Assembly (NCBI GenBank): GCA_913060875.1
Contig: CAJXSL010000008.1
Location: forward strand, 18,807 to 82,806
Source of the DNA: an uncultured Desulfobacteraceae bacterium
GTDB taxonomy: Bacteria; Desulfobacterota; Desulfobacteria; Desulfobacterales; UBA5852
Reading direction: 5' to 3'
Length of the DNA: 64,000 nt
Shown here: piece by piece, positions 19,273 to 29,694 of the stretch
How positions within the stretch are numbered: position 1 is the first letter of the stretch
How the letters are laid out: every line of letters starts with the position of its first letter
Translations under genes and position numbers: made by a program
Notes under the pieces: model-generated
Databases searched by the model: none
Told to the model about the DNA's origin: nothing
What the model saw: only the letters and a program-made list of their open reading frames with translations

Positions 19273-20481
19273 TCACGGATAGGGGATCACCTGCACGGCC
19301 TCGTCGTACCGGGTGATCTGCTCCAGGCCGTTATTGCCGACGATATGGGTGTTCTCGATGCCCACGACGCCTTTGCCCGGGATGACGAGCTTGGGTTCCA
19401 GGGCAATGGCCATGCCTTTTTCCAGGGGCATATCCTGTCCCCTGGCCAGAAAGGGATATTCGTCCAGCTCCAGCCCGACGCCGTGGCCGATAAAGCGGAT
19501 ACGCTGGTCGTCGGCCCCCATGAACCAGTCGCCATAGCCTTTATCGGCAACCCAGCGGATGGCAAAATCATAAAGCCCCCCGGCTTTGATACCTGGCCGG
19601 GCCCGGTTTTTGAGGGCTTCCTGGAGATCCAGCATGGCCTGGTGCGCCTTCAGCAGATCATCGGGCAGATCCCCCAGGGCAAAGATCCGGGTATGATCGG
19701 CAATATACCCCTGCCAGGCAAAAACATAGTCCAGCAAAATAGGCTCATGGGGCTGGATCGGCCTGAACCCGGCCCCCTGGGCCACGGCAGCGCTGGCACC
19801 CTGCCCGCCGGTGGGAGAGGCCAGGTAGCTGGGGACGGCGGCCGACGGGCCGGCCAGGAGGTGTCCGTAGAACAGTTCGCCCCCCCACATGCGCATGCGC
19901 ACCACGCCTTGATGGCCCCGACGCCGGGCTTCGGCCTCCACCTGCCCGGCCAGATCGATTTCGGTCATGCCCTCTTTGATGAGATGGCGAGCCGCTCCGG
20001 CCACCCCGTCGGCCAGGGCCGCCGCCTGCCGCATGAGATCCTGTTCGTAGATGGATTTGACAGCGCGCACCATGCGGATTCCAGGGGCCACATCCGTCAG
20101 CGCGGTTCCCTCGAACAGACGGGTGTAGTTCAGGTAAAGCGCGGCCGGGAGAACATCCATTTCCAGGCCCAGCGTTTCCGGCAGGGGCAGCTGCCGGGCT
20201 TTCAGGAGCGCGGGGATTTCCCGGGGACTCTTCAAGGGGACGATGTCGGGGAGGGCCGATTCGGCCCGGGCCCGTTCGATACTTTTGCGGACCATGAGGA
20301 GGGGGGCACCGTCGGCCGGGATGTACAGGTGGGCCTGTTGAACCGTACCGCTGAAATAAAAAAGATCGCTGTTCTGCAGAATCAGGGCCCCCCCGATCTG
20401 CTGTCGGGTGAGATAGGCCTGGAAACGCCGGATGCGTGTGTCGAGCTCTTCCCGGGGTGTGCTTGGGGCAATGGCTTCCAT
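19273..20481 (-). CDS. M24 family Xaa-Pro peptidase
   Basis: RAVKS, GYIADHTR, IGHGVGLELDE, ALEP, GIENT metal-ligand motifs. Confidence 0.9.
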   Translation of the reverse strand: MEAIAPSTPREELDTRIRRFQAYLTRQQIGGALILQNSDLFYFSGTVQQAHLYIPADGAPLLMVRKSIERARAESALPDIVPLKSPREIPALLKARQLPLPETLGLEMDVLPAALYLNYTRLFEGTALTDVAPGIRMVRAVKSIYEQDLMRQAAALADGVAGAARHLIKEGMTEIDLAGQVEAEARRRGHQGVVRMRMWGGELFYGHLLAGPSAAVPSYLASPTGGQGASAAVAQGAGFRPIQPHEPILLDYVFAWQGYIADHTRIFALGDLPDDLLKAHQAMLDLQEALKNRARPGIKAGGLYDFAIRWVADKGYGDWFMGADDQRIRFIGHGVGLELDEYPFLARGQDMPLEKGMAIALEPKLVIPGKGVVGIENTHIVGNNGLEQITRYDEAVQVIPYP

Positions 20482-20497
20482 GATTTTTCCTTTGGCG

Positions 20498-22855
20498 TCA
20501 TTGTTGTGGATGAGATGCGCCGGCTGCCCAGAAGTCCGCCAGAATTGGGGCAATGCCACTATTGCCGCGGGGGTTGAGGGGCTGCCAGTCTTCCGGGTAA
20601 AGGCAGCGGTAGCGCTGGCTCGTCAAGCGGCTGTCCACCAGCAGTACCGTGCCCCGGTCCCGGGCCGTCCGGATGACCCGGCCAACCGCCTGCAGGACCC
20701 GGTTGAAGCCGGGATAACGGTAGGCAAAATCGAATCCGGCCTGCAATTTAGCGTCATAATGATCCTTGATCAGGTCCCGTTCCAGGCAGATGCCGGGCAG
20801 CCCGACCCCCACGATGGCGGCTCCGGAAAGCCGGCGGCCGACCAGGTCGATGCCTTCGCCGAAAATGCCGCCCATCACGACAAAACCCACCAGCGTCTGC
20901 GGGTTGTCGTCACTGAAGCGCTCCAGAAAGGCTTCCCGGGCCGGTTCGTCCATATCCCGGGCCTGGACCATGGTCGTGATGTCCGGGAAAGCTTCTGTGA
21001 AGACATCGTGTACCATTTCCAGATAGGCATAGGAGGGAAAAAACGCAAGGTAGTTGCCTGTCTGTCCCCCCACCAGCTGCCCGATGACTTCTGCCAGGCG
21101 GTGCTTGGTTTTTTCCCGATCCCGGTAATAGGTGGACAGGCGCCCGTCAATGATCAGGCGTCGGTTCTCCGGGGGGAACGGCGACGGCAGCCGCAGAAAG
21201 GCGGTGTTTTCGCCACCGCCGAACAATTCTTTGAAATAGGTGAAAGGGGTCAGGGTGGCGGAGAAAAATACCACCGCGCGACATCGCTGAAGGGCTTCGG
21301 CCATCTGATCGGCAGGGTCGAGGCAGAAGAGTTTGACCCGCAACTCCTTGCCCTCGCACGCCAAACAGGTGGTGTAGCTTTCATCGTAGCGCTCGGAAAC
21401 CCTTAAAAAATGCGACACCGCGAAGTAAAGCTGGAGCAGATCGTCTTTCCAGGGAGCCGGTTTGTTTTTCACCAGCCAGGATTCGGCCAGCCGGTGAAAG
21501 CGCTGCAGGTGCGGCAAAAGCTCGTCCGGCAGGGCCCGGCAGGCGGATTCGCCTCCGGCCGTGACACAGTCCCGCCGGGCGGCAACCATCCAGGTGTTGA
21601 TGCGGCCCAGGGCCCGGAAAAGGGTTCGGTGACTCTCCTTTAGCGCCCGTCGCAAATCCAGAAAGGACTGCTTTTCAAGGGCGGCCGAGAACATCTCCCG
21701 GGACCGGTCCACCAGGTTGTGTGCTTCGTCCACCAAGAAGGTGTAGGCCCCGTTGGGATCGTCGAAAAAACGGCGCAGATAGACCCGGGGATCGAAAGCA
21801 TAGTTGTAGTCTCCGATAATGGCATCGACCCAGAGGGCCATGTCCAGGCTGAACTCAAAAGGGCAGACCGTGAACGTTTCCGCTATCCTGACGATGGCCT
21901 CCCGATCCAGGGCGTCCTCCGCGAAGGCGGCCACGCGGGCATCCCGCATGCGATCGTGGTGCCCGCGGGCCCGCGGACATTCATCGGGGGTGCAGGCCGC
22001 ATCGGGATGAGCGCAGATTTTTTCCTTGGCGGTCAGGCTAAGGCTCTTGAGCTGCAATCCCCGGTCCCGCATGACTGCAAGGGCTTTTTCAGCGGCCTGG
22101 CGGCCGGTGGTCCGGGCGGTCAGGTAGAAGAGTTTGGCAGTCAGCGCTTCCCCCAACGCTTTTATGGATGGGAAAAGGGCGGCCATGGTTTTGCCGATGC
22201 CCGTGGGCGCCTGGATTAAAGCGTTTCCATCGGTCCGGATTGTACGATAGACGGTGACGGCCATGTGGCGTTGTCCGTCCCGGTAGGTGCCGAAGGGAAA
22301 ATTCAGATTTTGGATCGACCGGTCGCGTTCGACGCGCCATTGGTCCAGACGGTTGGCCCAGTCGATATAGATCTCGAGCAGGGCTTCCATAAACGTGTCG
22401 AGTTCGGCGATAGTGCAGGTTCGCCGGATTTCCAGCGTCTCTTTGGTGGCCAGCTGGTAATAGGTCAGTTGAGCATCCACGGCATCCAGGTCGTGCCGGG
22501 TAGCGTAGAGCCAGGCATAGGCCTGGACTTGTCCCCAGTGAAGATCATCGGGGTGCGCTTCGATGGCCTTCAGATCCTTGTGGGTCGATTTGATTTCGTC
22601 CACAACCATCCGGGGGCCATCGCTGAAGACACCATCGATGCGGCCGCTGATCGCAAGTAGAAAACGTTCGGTCTCAATTTCACGTTGGACCGTGACCTCA
22701 GCCTGGTAACCGGGCGGACGCGAGCGCTGGATTTTTTGATGGGCCCGGATGCCTTCCAGGGAACGCTGGGATCCTGCAAAGGTCGCATCCAGATCGCCGT
22801 TTTGCAGGGCAAAGGCCACCAGGGTGCGGACGGCAACGGGCAGGCGAGGTTTCAA
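20498..22855 (-). CDS. Rad3/XPD/DinG-type Fe-S DNA helicase with N-terminal PD-(D/E)xK nuclease domain
   Basis: GRIDG..DEIK..QxxAY nuclease motifs; APTGIGKT; C..C..C..CPF Fe-S; DEAH; SAT; QAVGRVIR. Confidence 0.9.
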   Translation of the reverse strand: MKPRLPVAVRTLVAFALQNGDLDATFAGSQRSLEGIRAHQKIQRSRPPGYQAEVTVQREIETERFLLAISGRIDGVFSDGPRMVVDEIKSTHKDLKAIEAHPDDLHWGQVQAYAWLYATRHDLDAVDAQLTYYQLATKETLEIRRTCTIAELDTFMEALLEIYIDWANRLDQWRVERDRSIQNLNFPFGTYRDGQRHMAVTVYRTIRTDGNALIQAPTGIGKTMAALFPSIKALGEALTAKLFYLTARTTGRQAAEKALAVMRDRGLQLKSLSLTAKEKICAHPDAACTPDECPRARGHHDRMRDARVAAFAEDALDREAIVRIAETFTVCPFEFSLDMALWVDAIIGDYNYAFDPRVYLRRFFDDPNGAYTFLVDEAHNLVDRSREMFSAALEKQSFLDLRRALKESHRTLFRALGRINTWMVAARRDCVTAGGESACRALPDELLPHLQRFHRLAESWLVKNKPAPWKDDLLQLYFAVSHFLRVSERYDESYTTCLACEGKELRVKLFCLDPADQMAEALQRCRAVVFFSATLTPFTYFKELFGGGENTAFLRLPSPFPPENRRLIIDGRLSTYYRDREKTKHRLAEVIGQLVGGQTGNYLAFFPSYAYLEMVHDVFTEAFPDITTMVQARDMDEPAREAFLERFSDDNPQTLVGFVVMGGIFGEGIDLVGRRLSGAAIVGVGLPGICLERDLIKDHYDAKLQAGFDFAYRYPGFNRVLQAVGRVIRTARDRGTVLLVDSRLTSQRYRCLYPEDWQPLNPRGNSGIAPILADFWAAGASHPQQ

Positions 22856-23371
22856 CTAAAGAGCCCTTTCGATGGCTTTTCTGATGCGCGCATCGGAAGA
22901 ATGGGAAATGGCGGAATGGCCGCCAGGGCCACTCTGGTGGCCTCCGTTATGGCGCTCGAGCAGAGGCGAGCCTAAAAGATTATCGGTGGTTAAGTCAAGG
23001 AGTTCGGGTGAGGGCCGGGATGCGCTCACGGTGTCACTGCCGTTCACTTGCCCCTCCGGCAGACCGGTACCGGAATCCTGGCTTGATTCAGACCCGGCGA
23101 AAGGATAAGAAACGTATTACTGGCGATCCTATCTCCTATCGATCCTATAACATCTTTCAGCAAAACCGCCGGCTGGGGCCGGTGAAATCATTCATGAAAA
23201 TAGCGCCTGCCGCACTGGGCGAGTTCGGCATTTCGGTGTCGACGCGTAGCGCCGCCCTTTCAGCTTGACGCTTTGAGCTTGGCCCTTTCTTCATAAGAGC
23301 TATCGGTCGATAACCTGACCGTTTTGCGGCAACCCGGGCCGCTGCCCGGCATTACCCCAGGGAGTCATGCC

Positions 23372-24391
23372 ATGAGCGAAGCCATCACCTACGACGACGT
23401 CCTGCTTGTTCCATCTTACAACCATTGGGAATCGCGCAAAATTGTGGATACATCCATGACCGACAAGACCGGTAAGTTGCACCTCGAACTGCCGGTGATG
23501 ACCGCCAATATGGACACCATTACCGAGACTGCCATGGCCGATTTTATCGGCGCCAAGGGAGGCATCGGCGTGATCCATCGCTTCATGTCCATCGAGGACA
23601 ATATCGCGATTCTCAAAGCCTGCACCCACAAGGCCTTTGTTTCCATCGGGTGTTCACCCGGCGACCTCGAACGGGTCGCGGCCCTGCGGGATGCCGGGGC
23701 CGATTTGTTCTGCATCGATGTCGCCCATGCCCATGCCCGCTATGTTGGCAAAACTCTCAAAAATGTCAGGGATATGCTGGGCAAGGAGGTATGTATCATG
23801 GCCGGCAATGTGGCCACCTACGCCGGGGCGGACTATTTGGCCTCCCTCAGTGCCGATATCGTCAAGGTCGGCATCGGCGGCGGGGCGGTCTGTTCGACCC
23901 GCATCAAGACAGGGTTCGGGGTACCCAACCTGACCGCCATCCGCAATTCCGCCCGGGTGGATCGGTCGGTTGTGGCCGACGGCGGCATCCGGTCCCCCGG
24001 GGATATCGTCAAGGCCCTGGCTTTTGGGGCTGATTTTGTGATGATCGGGAGCATGCTGGCCGGAACCCGGCCGACCCCGGGGCCGGTTTTGAGCCGCAGG
24101 AATGAAGAGGGTAAGACGGTTAAGGTCAAATCCTACCGCGGTATGGCCAGCAGCGAAGTTCAGGATGACTATCACGGCGGCATGGCCGAGTGGAAAACCG
24201 CCGAGGGGGTCGCCGTCGATGTGCCTTACCATGAAACCGAAGAAGCCGTCGTTGCCGATATTGTCGGTGGGTTGCGATCCGGTCTGACTTATGGCGGGGC
24301 GGCCACCATTCGGGAATTGCAGCGCAAACTGGATTATATCCGGATTACGCCGGCGGGCCGCCACGAAAGTCTGCCCCATCGCACCCTTTAA
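23372..24391 (+). CDS. IMPDH/GMP reductase family protein without CBS domains (GMP reductase-like)
   Basis: TYDDVLLVP, ANMDT, IDVAH, KVGIGGGAVCSTR, ADGGI, YRGMAS, AEGV. Confidence 0.88.
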   Translation: MSEAITYDDVLLVPSYNHWESRKIVDTSMTDKTGKLHLELPVMTANMDTITETAMADFIGAKGGIGVIHRFMSIEDNIAILKACTHKAFVSIGCSPGDLERVAALRDAGADLFCIDVAHAHARYVGKTLKNVRDMLGKEVCIMAGNVATYAGADYLASLSADIVKVGIGGGAVCSTRIKTGFGVPNLTAIRNSARVDRSVVADGGIRSPGDIVKALAFGADFVMIGSMLAGTRPTPGPVLSRRNEEGKTVKVKSYRGMASSEVQDDYHGGMAEWKTAEGVAVDVPYHETEEAVVADIVGGLRSGLTYGGAATIRELQRKLDYIRITPAGRHESLPHRTL

Positions 24392-24519
24392 CCCGTCCGG
24401 ATAATCGTGTTCGTCGGGCTCACGACGCTGGCTATTGATTGATTCATGCCGGATGTGCGATAAGCGATTGATTCAACCGCAACCATTGCCAGGCCGGCAG
24501 GCCACAGGACAACATCGTA

Positions 24520-26889
24520 TTGGCCCAAGATAAAAACCATATCGAAATGGCGGCCCGCATCCGCCAGCTTGAAAAAGCCCTGGCCCATTCCCGCCAGGCC
24601 GAGGCGGCGGCCCATGAAACCCTGTCCCACTATCGTGTTGTCGCTGACAACCTGACCGATATTGTCTGGACGCTGGACAAGGCGTTAAGGCCGACCTTCG
24701 TGACCCCGTCCGTCAAGACCCATTTGGGGTATGCTTTTGAAGAGGTCCTTGGCAAGGCCTTTACCGACACCCTGACCTTGTCCAGCCAGGACCAGCTGGG
24801 ATACGCTCTCAAAATGCTGGATGGTGGCGTGGCCTCTACGACACTGGATCTGGAGCATGTGCATCGCAACGGCTCAGGGTTTTGGTTCGAATGCCAGTTG
24901 ACCGGTCTTTTTGACGACCAGCGCATGTTGACGGGCTATGTCTGCGTATCCCGTAATATCGACCGCCGCAAGCAGGCCGAAAGCGCCCTGCAGCTCAGCA
25001 ACGCCTTGTTCCAGACGGCCTTTGCCATCAGCCCGGATGCGGTCACGCTCAATCGGATGCGTGACGGTGTTTACACCATGGTCAATGAGGGGTTTGCTTT
25101 GCTTACCGGATATGCCCGTGAGGCGGTGATCGGCAAAACCACCGAAGAGCTTGATATCTGGGCGGATCCCAAGGAGCGTGATCAGTTGATGGAGGCCTTG
25201 GATGCCTCCGGCTCGATCCGGAATCTGGAGGCCCGTTTCCGGGTCAAAGACGGCAGCATCCGTACCGGCTTGGTTTCGGCCAATATCATTATCCTCAACC
25301 GGCACCCTTACGTCCTCTCGATTACCAAGGATATCGATACGTTCAAAAAGGCCAAAAAGGCCCTGAGCGAGTCTGAAGAAAAATACCGCACGCTGATCGA
25401 AACCGCCACCGATGCGATCTTCATTCTCCAGGACGGCGAGGTGAAATTCCCCAATCCCAAAGCCCGGGAAATGGCCCGCATGATGGGGGTGGATCTCCGG
25501 CAGCACGCCTTTTTCGAGTATGTGGCCCCGGAAGATCAGAATATGATTCTGGAGCGCCATTTCCGTCGCCTGAAGGGCGACAACGTACCCAGCACGTACA
25601 ATTTCAGACTGTTGCGGGCCAATGGTGAAACCTTCTGGGTGGAGATAAACGCCGTCAAAATCCTCTGGGAGGGCAAGCCGGCGACCTTGAATTTCATTCG
25701 GGACATCGATGACCAGGTCAAGCTCGAGGCCGAATTTCAACACGCCCGCAAAATGGAGGCCGTGGGAACACTGGCGGGCGCCATAGCTCACAATTTCAAC
25801 AACCTGCTCATGGCGATTCAGGGCAACGTGTCCCTGCTGCTCCTGGATACCGATGCACAGGACACGCGTTTCGAGGAAATTCAAAAAATTCAGGAGCATG
25901 TGACAAGCGGCTCCCGGTTGACATCGCAGCTTCTGGGCTATGCCCGCAAGGGCAAGTACAAAATTCGTTCCCTGGACTTCAACGGGCTGATCACCAAGAC
26001 AGCCGCCACTTTTCGCCAGTCGCATCCGGCCATTAAGGTTTCCACCCAACTGGCCACCGACCTCCATAGTGTTGCGGGGGATCGCACCCAACTGGAGCAC
26101 GTGTTGTACAACATCTTCAAAAATGCTGCGGATGCCATGCCGGAAGGCGGCGAACTTTTTATCAAGGCCATGAATGTCAGCCACCAGCAGATCCGTAAGC
26201 GGAATTACAAGATCAAGGCGGGTGAATACATCATGATGGTCATCGCCGACACCGGCGTCGGTATGGAACAGAAAGTCCGCCGCCGTATCTTTGAACCCTT
26301 TTTCACAACAAAGGAACTCGGGCGTGGCACGGGGCTGGGGCTGGCTTCCGTTTATGGCATCATCAAAGGGCATGGCGGCTACATTGATGTGGATTCCAAA
26401 AAAGGGCATGGTGCCACTTTTTTCGTTTATCTTCCCATATCCACCCGTCCGGCGGAAAAAACCGACTACAAAGACCAGAGCGTTATCCATGGCAGTGGCT
26501 GCATCCTCGTGGTGGACGACGATCCGGCGGTTCTGGAAATCAGCAGCAAAATGCTGTCCAAACTGGGCTTTCGCGTTCTGGAAGCCTGCAGCGGCCATGA
26601 CGCCCTGAGTCTTTTTCGCCAGAATCGGGATATGATCGATCTGGTGCTGCTGGATATGATCATGCCGGATATGGGCGGCGGTGAAGTCTACGAGCGCATG
26701 AAAGATATCGATCGCAATGTCAAGGCCATCCTGGCGACGGGATATAGCCTGGATGGGGAGGCGTCCCGTATATTGAAGAAAGGATGCGATGGCGTAATTC
26801 AGAAGCCGTTCAGCATCGACCGACTCTCCCGTGTCATCTACCGCGTTTTGAAACCCCATGGCGCATCCCAGGAAAGAATCGCCAACTGA
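24520..26889 (+). CDS. PAS-domain hybrid sensor histidine kinase/response regulator
   Basis: Three PAS repeats; AHNFNNLL H-box; EPFFTTK; GTGLGL; C-terminal receiver (VVDDD, LDMIMP). Confidence 0.93.
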   Translation: MAQDKNHIEMAARIRQLEKALAHSRQAEAAAHETLSHYRVVADNLTDIVWTLDKALRPTFVTPSVKTHLGYAFEEVLGKAFTDTLTLSSQDQLGYALKMLDGGVASTTLDLEHVHRNGSGFWFECQLTGLFDDQRMLTGYVCVSRNIDRRKQAESALQLSNALFQTAFAISPDAVTLNRMRDGVYTMVNEGFALLTGYAREAVIGKTTEELDIWADPKERDQLMEALDASGSIRNLEARFRVKDGSIRTGLVSANIIILNRHPYVLSITKDIDTFKKAKKALSESEEKYRTLIETATDAIFILQDGEVKFPNPKAREMARMMGVDLRQHAFFEYVAPEDQNMILERHFRRLKGDNVPSTYNFRLLRANGETFWVEINAVKILWEGKPATLNFIRDIDDQVKLEAEFQHARKMEAVGTLAGAIAHNFNNLLMAIQGNVSLLLLDTDAQDTRFEEIQKIQEHVTSGSRLTSQLLGYARKGKYKIRSLDFNGLITKTAATFRQSHPAIKVSTQLATDLHSVAGDRTQLEHVLYNIFKNAADAMPEGGELFIKAMNVSHQQIRKRNYKIKAGEYIMMVIADTGVGMEQKVRRRIFEPFFTTKELGRGTGLGLASVYGIIKGHGGYIDVDSKKGHGATFFVYLPISTRPAEKTDYKDQSVIHGSGCILVVDDDPAVLEISSKMLSKLGFRVLEACSGHDALSLFRQNRDMIDLVLLDMIMPDMGGGEVYERMKDIDRNVKAILATGYSLDGEASRILKKGCDGVIQKPFSIDRLSRVIYRVLKPHGASQERIAN

Positions 26890-26958
26890 CGGCGCTCGAT
26901 AGATGGTGGCAGCATTAACGCGTTGTCCGTTCCTGGACGGATCTGACAGGAGGAATCT

Positions 26959-27282
26959 ATGCGGCAATGGATTGTAACCGGGGTGCTGGCCGTGGTTCTA
27001 TGTTTAACGCCTGGAATCGTTGACGCGGAAGACCAATCGATCGCCAAGAGCGCGGGGGAGGCCGGCCGCGCCATCGTGGATGAGTCGAGACATGTTTACG
27101 AGGATTCCCGTGAATTTTTCATTACAACCGGCCAGAGTATTTCGGAAGGCGCCCAGGAAGCATACGAAGAAGCCAAAGATATCGGCCCCCGGATGGTGGA
27201 CGATATGAAGGAGGGGTTCTGCGGCAATGGCCAGGCCCCGGATCCTACCCAAGATGCCGAACCGGCGACGGAACAACCGTGA
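26959..27282 (+). CDS. Secreted hypothetical protein
   Basis: SD AGGAGG; signal peptide; overlaps the next gene by 4 nt. Confidence 0.75.
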   Translation: MRQWIVTGVLAVVLCLTPGIVDAEDQSIAKSAGEAGRAIVDESRHVYEDSREFFITTGQSISEGAQEAYEEAKDIGPRMVDDMKEGFCGNGQAPDPTQDAEPATEQP

Positions 27283-28223
27283 GAGCCATTCAGTTTGACC
27301 GTTATGGTGCCCCGTCTGTTCTGGTCTGCCGGGAAATCGATCGGCCGGCCTGCGGTCCACGCGACGTATTGGTTCGTGTACGGGCCGCCGGCACCAACCC
27401 CAAAGACTGCCTGGTGCGCAAAGGCAAATTTCGCTGGTTCACGGGGCGGCGTTTCCCGATGGGCCTGGGGCACGATTTCAGCGGCACGGTTGCGGCGGTT
27501 GGCCGGCAGGTGGCTGCGTTTCAGGTGGAGGATGCGGTTTTTGGCATGACCAATGGGTGGCAGGGGCGCGCCTACGCCGATTACCTAACGGTCCGGCCTT
27601 CGGAAACCGCCCTCAAGCCGTCGCCATTGGAGTTCACGGCGGCGGCGGCCGTCCCGCTGGCTGCCCAGACAGCCTTGCAGGCGCTGCGCGATCTGGGGGG
27701 CCTGTCCGGCAACCAGCGCGTCCTGATCAACGGCAGTTCCGGCGGTGTCGGAACCTTTGCCGTCCAGGTCGCCCGCATTCTGGGCGCCCGTGTCACCGCC
27801 GTATGCAGCGGCCGCAATGCCGACCTGGTCCATGACCTGGGGGCCCACCGGGTAATCGATTACACGCGCGAGGAAATTCGACACCTTGGCGCGTCGTTCG
27901 ATGTTTTTTTCGATGTGTTCGGCAACTGCCGTTTCCCCGATATCCGAGCGGTCCTGAAACCCAATGGCCGGTTTATATCCACCGTACCCGGAGTCCCCGT
28001 CATGCGATGGAGCATCCTCTCCCGGTTATCCTCAGGCCCCCGGGCCCATCTCGTGATTGTCAAGTCCAAGACCGGGGATTTGCAGACGCTTGGCCGCTGG
28101 ATCGAAGAAGGGCGTCTTGTCCCTGTGGTGGACCGTGTTTATCCCCTCGCCGACGCGCAGGAAGCGCATGCCTACATTGAAACCAAACGGGCACGGGGCA
28201 AGGTTGTTTTGCAGATTGCCTGA
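27279..28223 (+). CDS. Zn-independent MDR family NAD(P)-dependent oxidoreductase
   Basis: NPKD, GHDFSG, NGSSGGVGTFAVQ, RARGKVV. Confidence 0.9.
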   Translation: MRAIQFDRYGAPSVLVCREIDRPACGPRDVLVRVRAAGTNPKDCLVRKGKFRWFTGRRFPMGLGHDFSGTVAAVGRQVAAFQVEDAVFGMTNGWQGRAYADYLTVRPSETALKPSPLEFTAAAAVPLAAQTALQALRDLGGLSGNQRVLINGSSGGVGTFAVQVARILGARVTAVCSGRNADLVHDLGAHRVIDYTREEIRHLGASFDVFFDVFGNCRFPDIRAVLKPNGRFISTVPGVPVMRWSILSRLSSGPRAHLVIVKSKTGDLQTLGRWIEEGRLVPVVDRVYPLADAQEAHAYIETKRARGKVVLQIA

Positions 28224-28225
28224 TG

Positions 28226-28335
28226 TGGCCGGAGCACGCGGAAACTCATCCGCCGCTCCGCTGCTCGGCGCGGGGCAACGGGACAACCAAAAACCAAAAT
28301 ATCGTTTAACCCCCTTCGCGGGGAGCTATCAGAGG
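28226..28335. repeat. Dispersed structured repeat, internally deleted copy 2
   Basis: GGCCGGAGCACGCGGAAACTCA and TGCTCGGCGCGGG..GGGA.AACCAAAA blocks shared with copies 1 and 3. Confidence 0.8.
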
Positions 28336-28393
28336 CCGTCTACTTCGCCGGAGGCGCCTCACGATGGTGTTTATTAAGGAGCCTATTTCTTCA

Positions 28394-28732
28394 ATGGCAG
28401 CAGAAAACGACGGCATGCTTCGCAGGGCCATCCACGACCGGGATCGGCGGGGCATTCTGATCCCCGCCGGCCAGTTGGAAGGGAGCGGCCTGTCAGTGGG
28501 CGACCGCTTCAGGCTTAAAAAAGGGCAACGCGATCTTTTTGCACTGACCATTGTCAAACATGCCCAGGGAGATATCCTGTTTGACCGCAACGGCATTTTT
28601 ATCGCGCGCACCCGGCGAGTGGATATTCTCCTGGGGGGAATCTTCGACGAATACCAGGTGGAGATTGTCGACGCGGACCCGGTGATATTGCTGGTCAAGA
28701 CGATGGATCCGGGCCTGGCCGCCATCCGCTAA
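28394..28732 (+). CDS. Hypothetical protein, possible AbrB/SpoVT-like fold
   Basis: SD AAGGAG; GILIPxxxLExxGLxVGDxF pattern. Confidence 0.6.
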   Translation: MAAENDGMLRRAIHDRDRRGILIPAGQLEGSGLSVGDRFRLKKGQRDLFALTIVKHAQGDILFDRNGIFIARTRRVDILLGGIFDEYQVEIVDADPVILLVKTMDPGLAAIR

Positions 28733-28753
28733 AACCTGCCCGCGAAAACAATT

Positions 28754-29320
28754 CTACATTGCAGGCGCCATCCCCGGCGGGTGCTGGCGCAGGTACTCCC
28801 ACATGACAATGGAGGCTGCAATGCTCACGTTCAGGCTCTGGACCTTGCCGAACTGGGGGATGCTCAGGGACTGGATGTCGCTGCAGGCGGCGATGTCCGC
28901 ACTGATGCCGTTTTCTTCATGGCCCAATATGAACGCGCTGCGGCGCGGAAGTTGCGACCCGGGAAGCGGGGTGCCCCTGACCGGATCCAGGGTGAACAGG
29001 GTGTAGCCCCGTTCGCTGAGATCCCGGTGGCAGGTTGCAAAACGTTCATGAAAGCGGGCCGGCACCCACTTGAAGGACCCCATGGCCGGGGCCGGGTCGA
29101 AAAAGTCGATGCCGATCAGGTGGATTTCTCGGGCGCCGAACGCGTCGGCGCTTCTGAAAATTTTGCCGATATTGAAGGCCGGCTTGAGCCCGTCCAGAAT
29201 AACGATGAAATCATGGGGGCCTGACGGGGCCAGGAGGTTGGCGTTTTTTTGACGTCGAAAACGCTGCTGGGCGGCCATCCGTTGCTGTTGAAGGCGCCGT
29301 CGCACCTGCCGGAGTCCCAT
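28754..29320 (-). CDS. TrmH/SpoU family RNA methyltransferase
   Basis: NIGKIFRS, LGHEENG, IPQFGKVQSLNVS SPOUT motifs. Confidence 0.92.
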   Translation of the reverse strand: MGLRQVRRRLQQQRMAAQQRFRRQKNANLLAPSGPHDFIVILDGLKPAFNIGKIFRSADAFGAREIHLIGIDFFDPAPAMGSFKWVPARFHERFATCHRDLSERGYTLFTLDPVRGTPLPGSQLPRRSAFILGHEENGISADIAACSDIQSLSIPQFGKVQSLNVSIAASIVMWEYLRQHPPGMAPAM

Positions 29321-29694
29321 AACGTCGCATGTCCCTTTTTCGTGTTTACGGCAATGGCGCCGCTGTCGTTAGCGCTGACCTTTGGCGGAAAGGCCTAACA
29401 TGGCTGTAAAACGGAATCAAGTCGACCAGAAATATGCCCCTTTCCTGAAAACCAAGGGCGTCGCTTGACCAGCCCGAACAGGATGCCTGACCACGTGATG
29501 GCGCCGGGGGGACGATCGCAACCGTCCTCCGGCTCTTCGTGGCCCCGCCCCAGGCTTTACAAATATTCCCCGATATCTTAGCTTTGAATCTATGGATACA
29601 GCCCGGGCCGGGCATTCCCGTAGCGGAGTGATGGCCTTTGATGATTCGTTTACGTGAATGTATCGCAACAAACCTGTTGCGGAGGGGAGGACGT

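Noticed and set aside
20498-22855. CRISPR-Cas association (Cas4/CasDinG)
   Set aside because: No repeat-spacer array or other cas genes anywhere in the window
22856-23047. 63-aa minus-strand ORF abutting the helicase start
   Set aside because: Low-complexity translation with no motif; not excluded, but the region looks more like structured RNA
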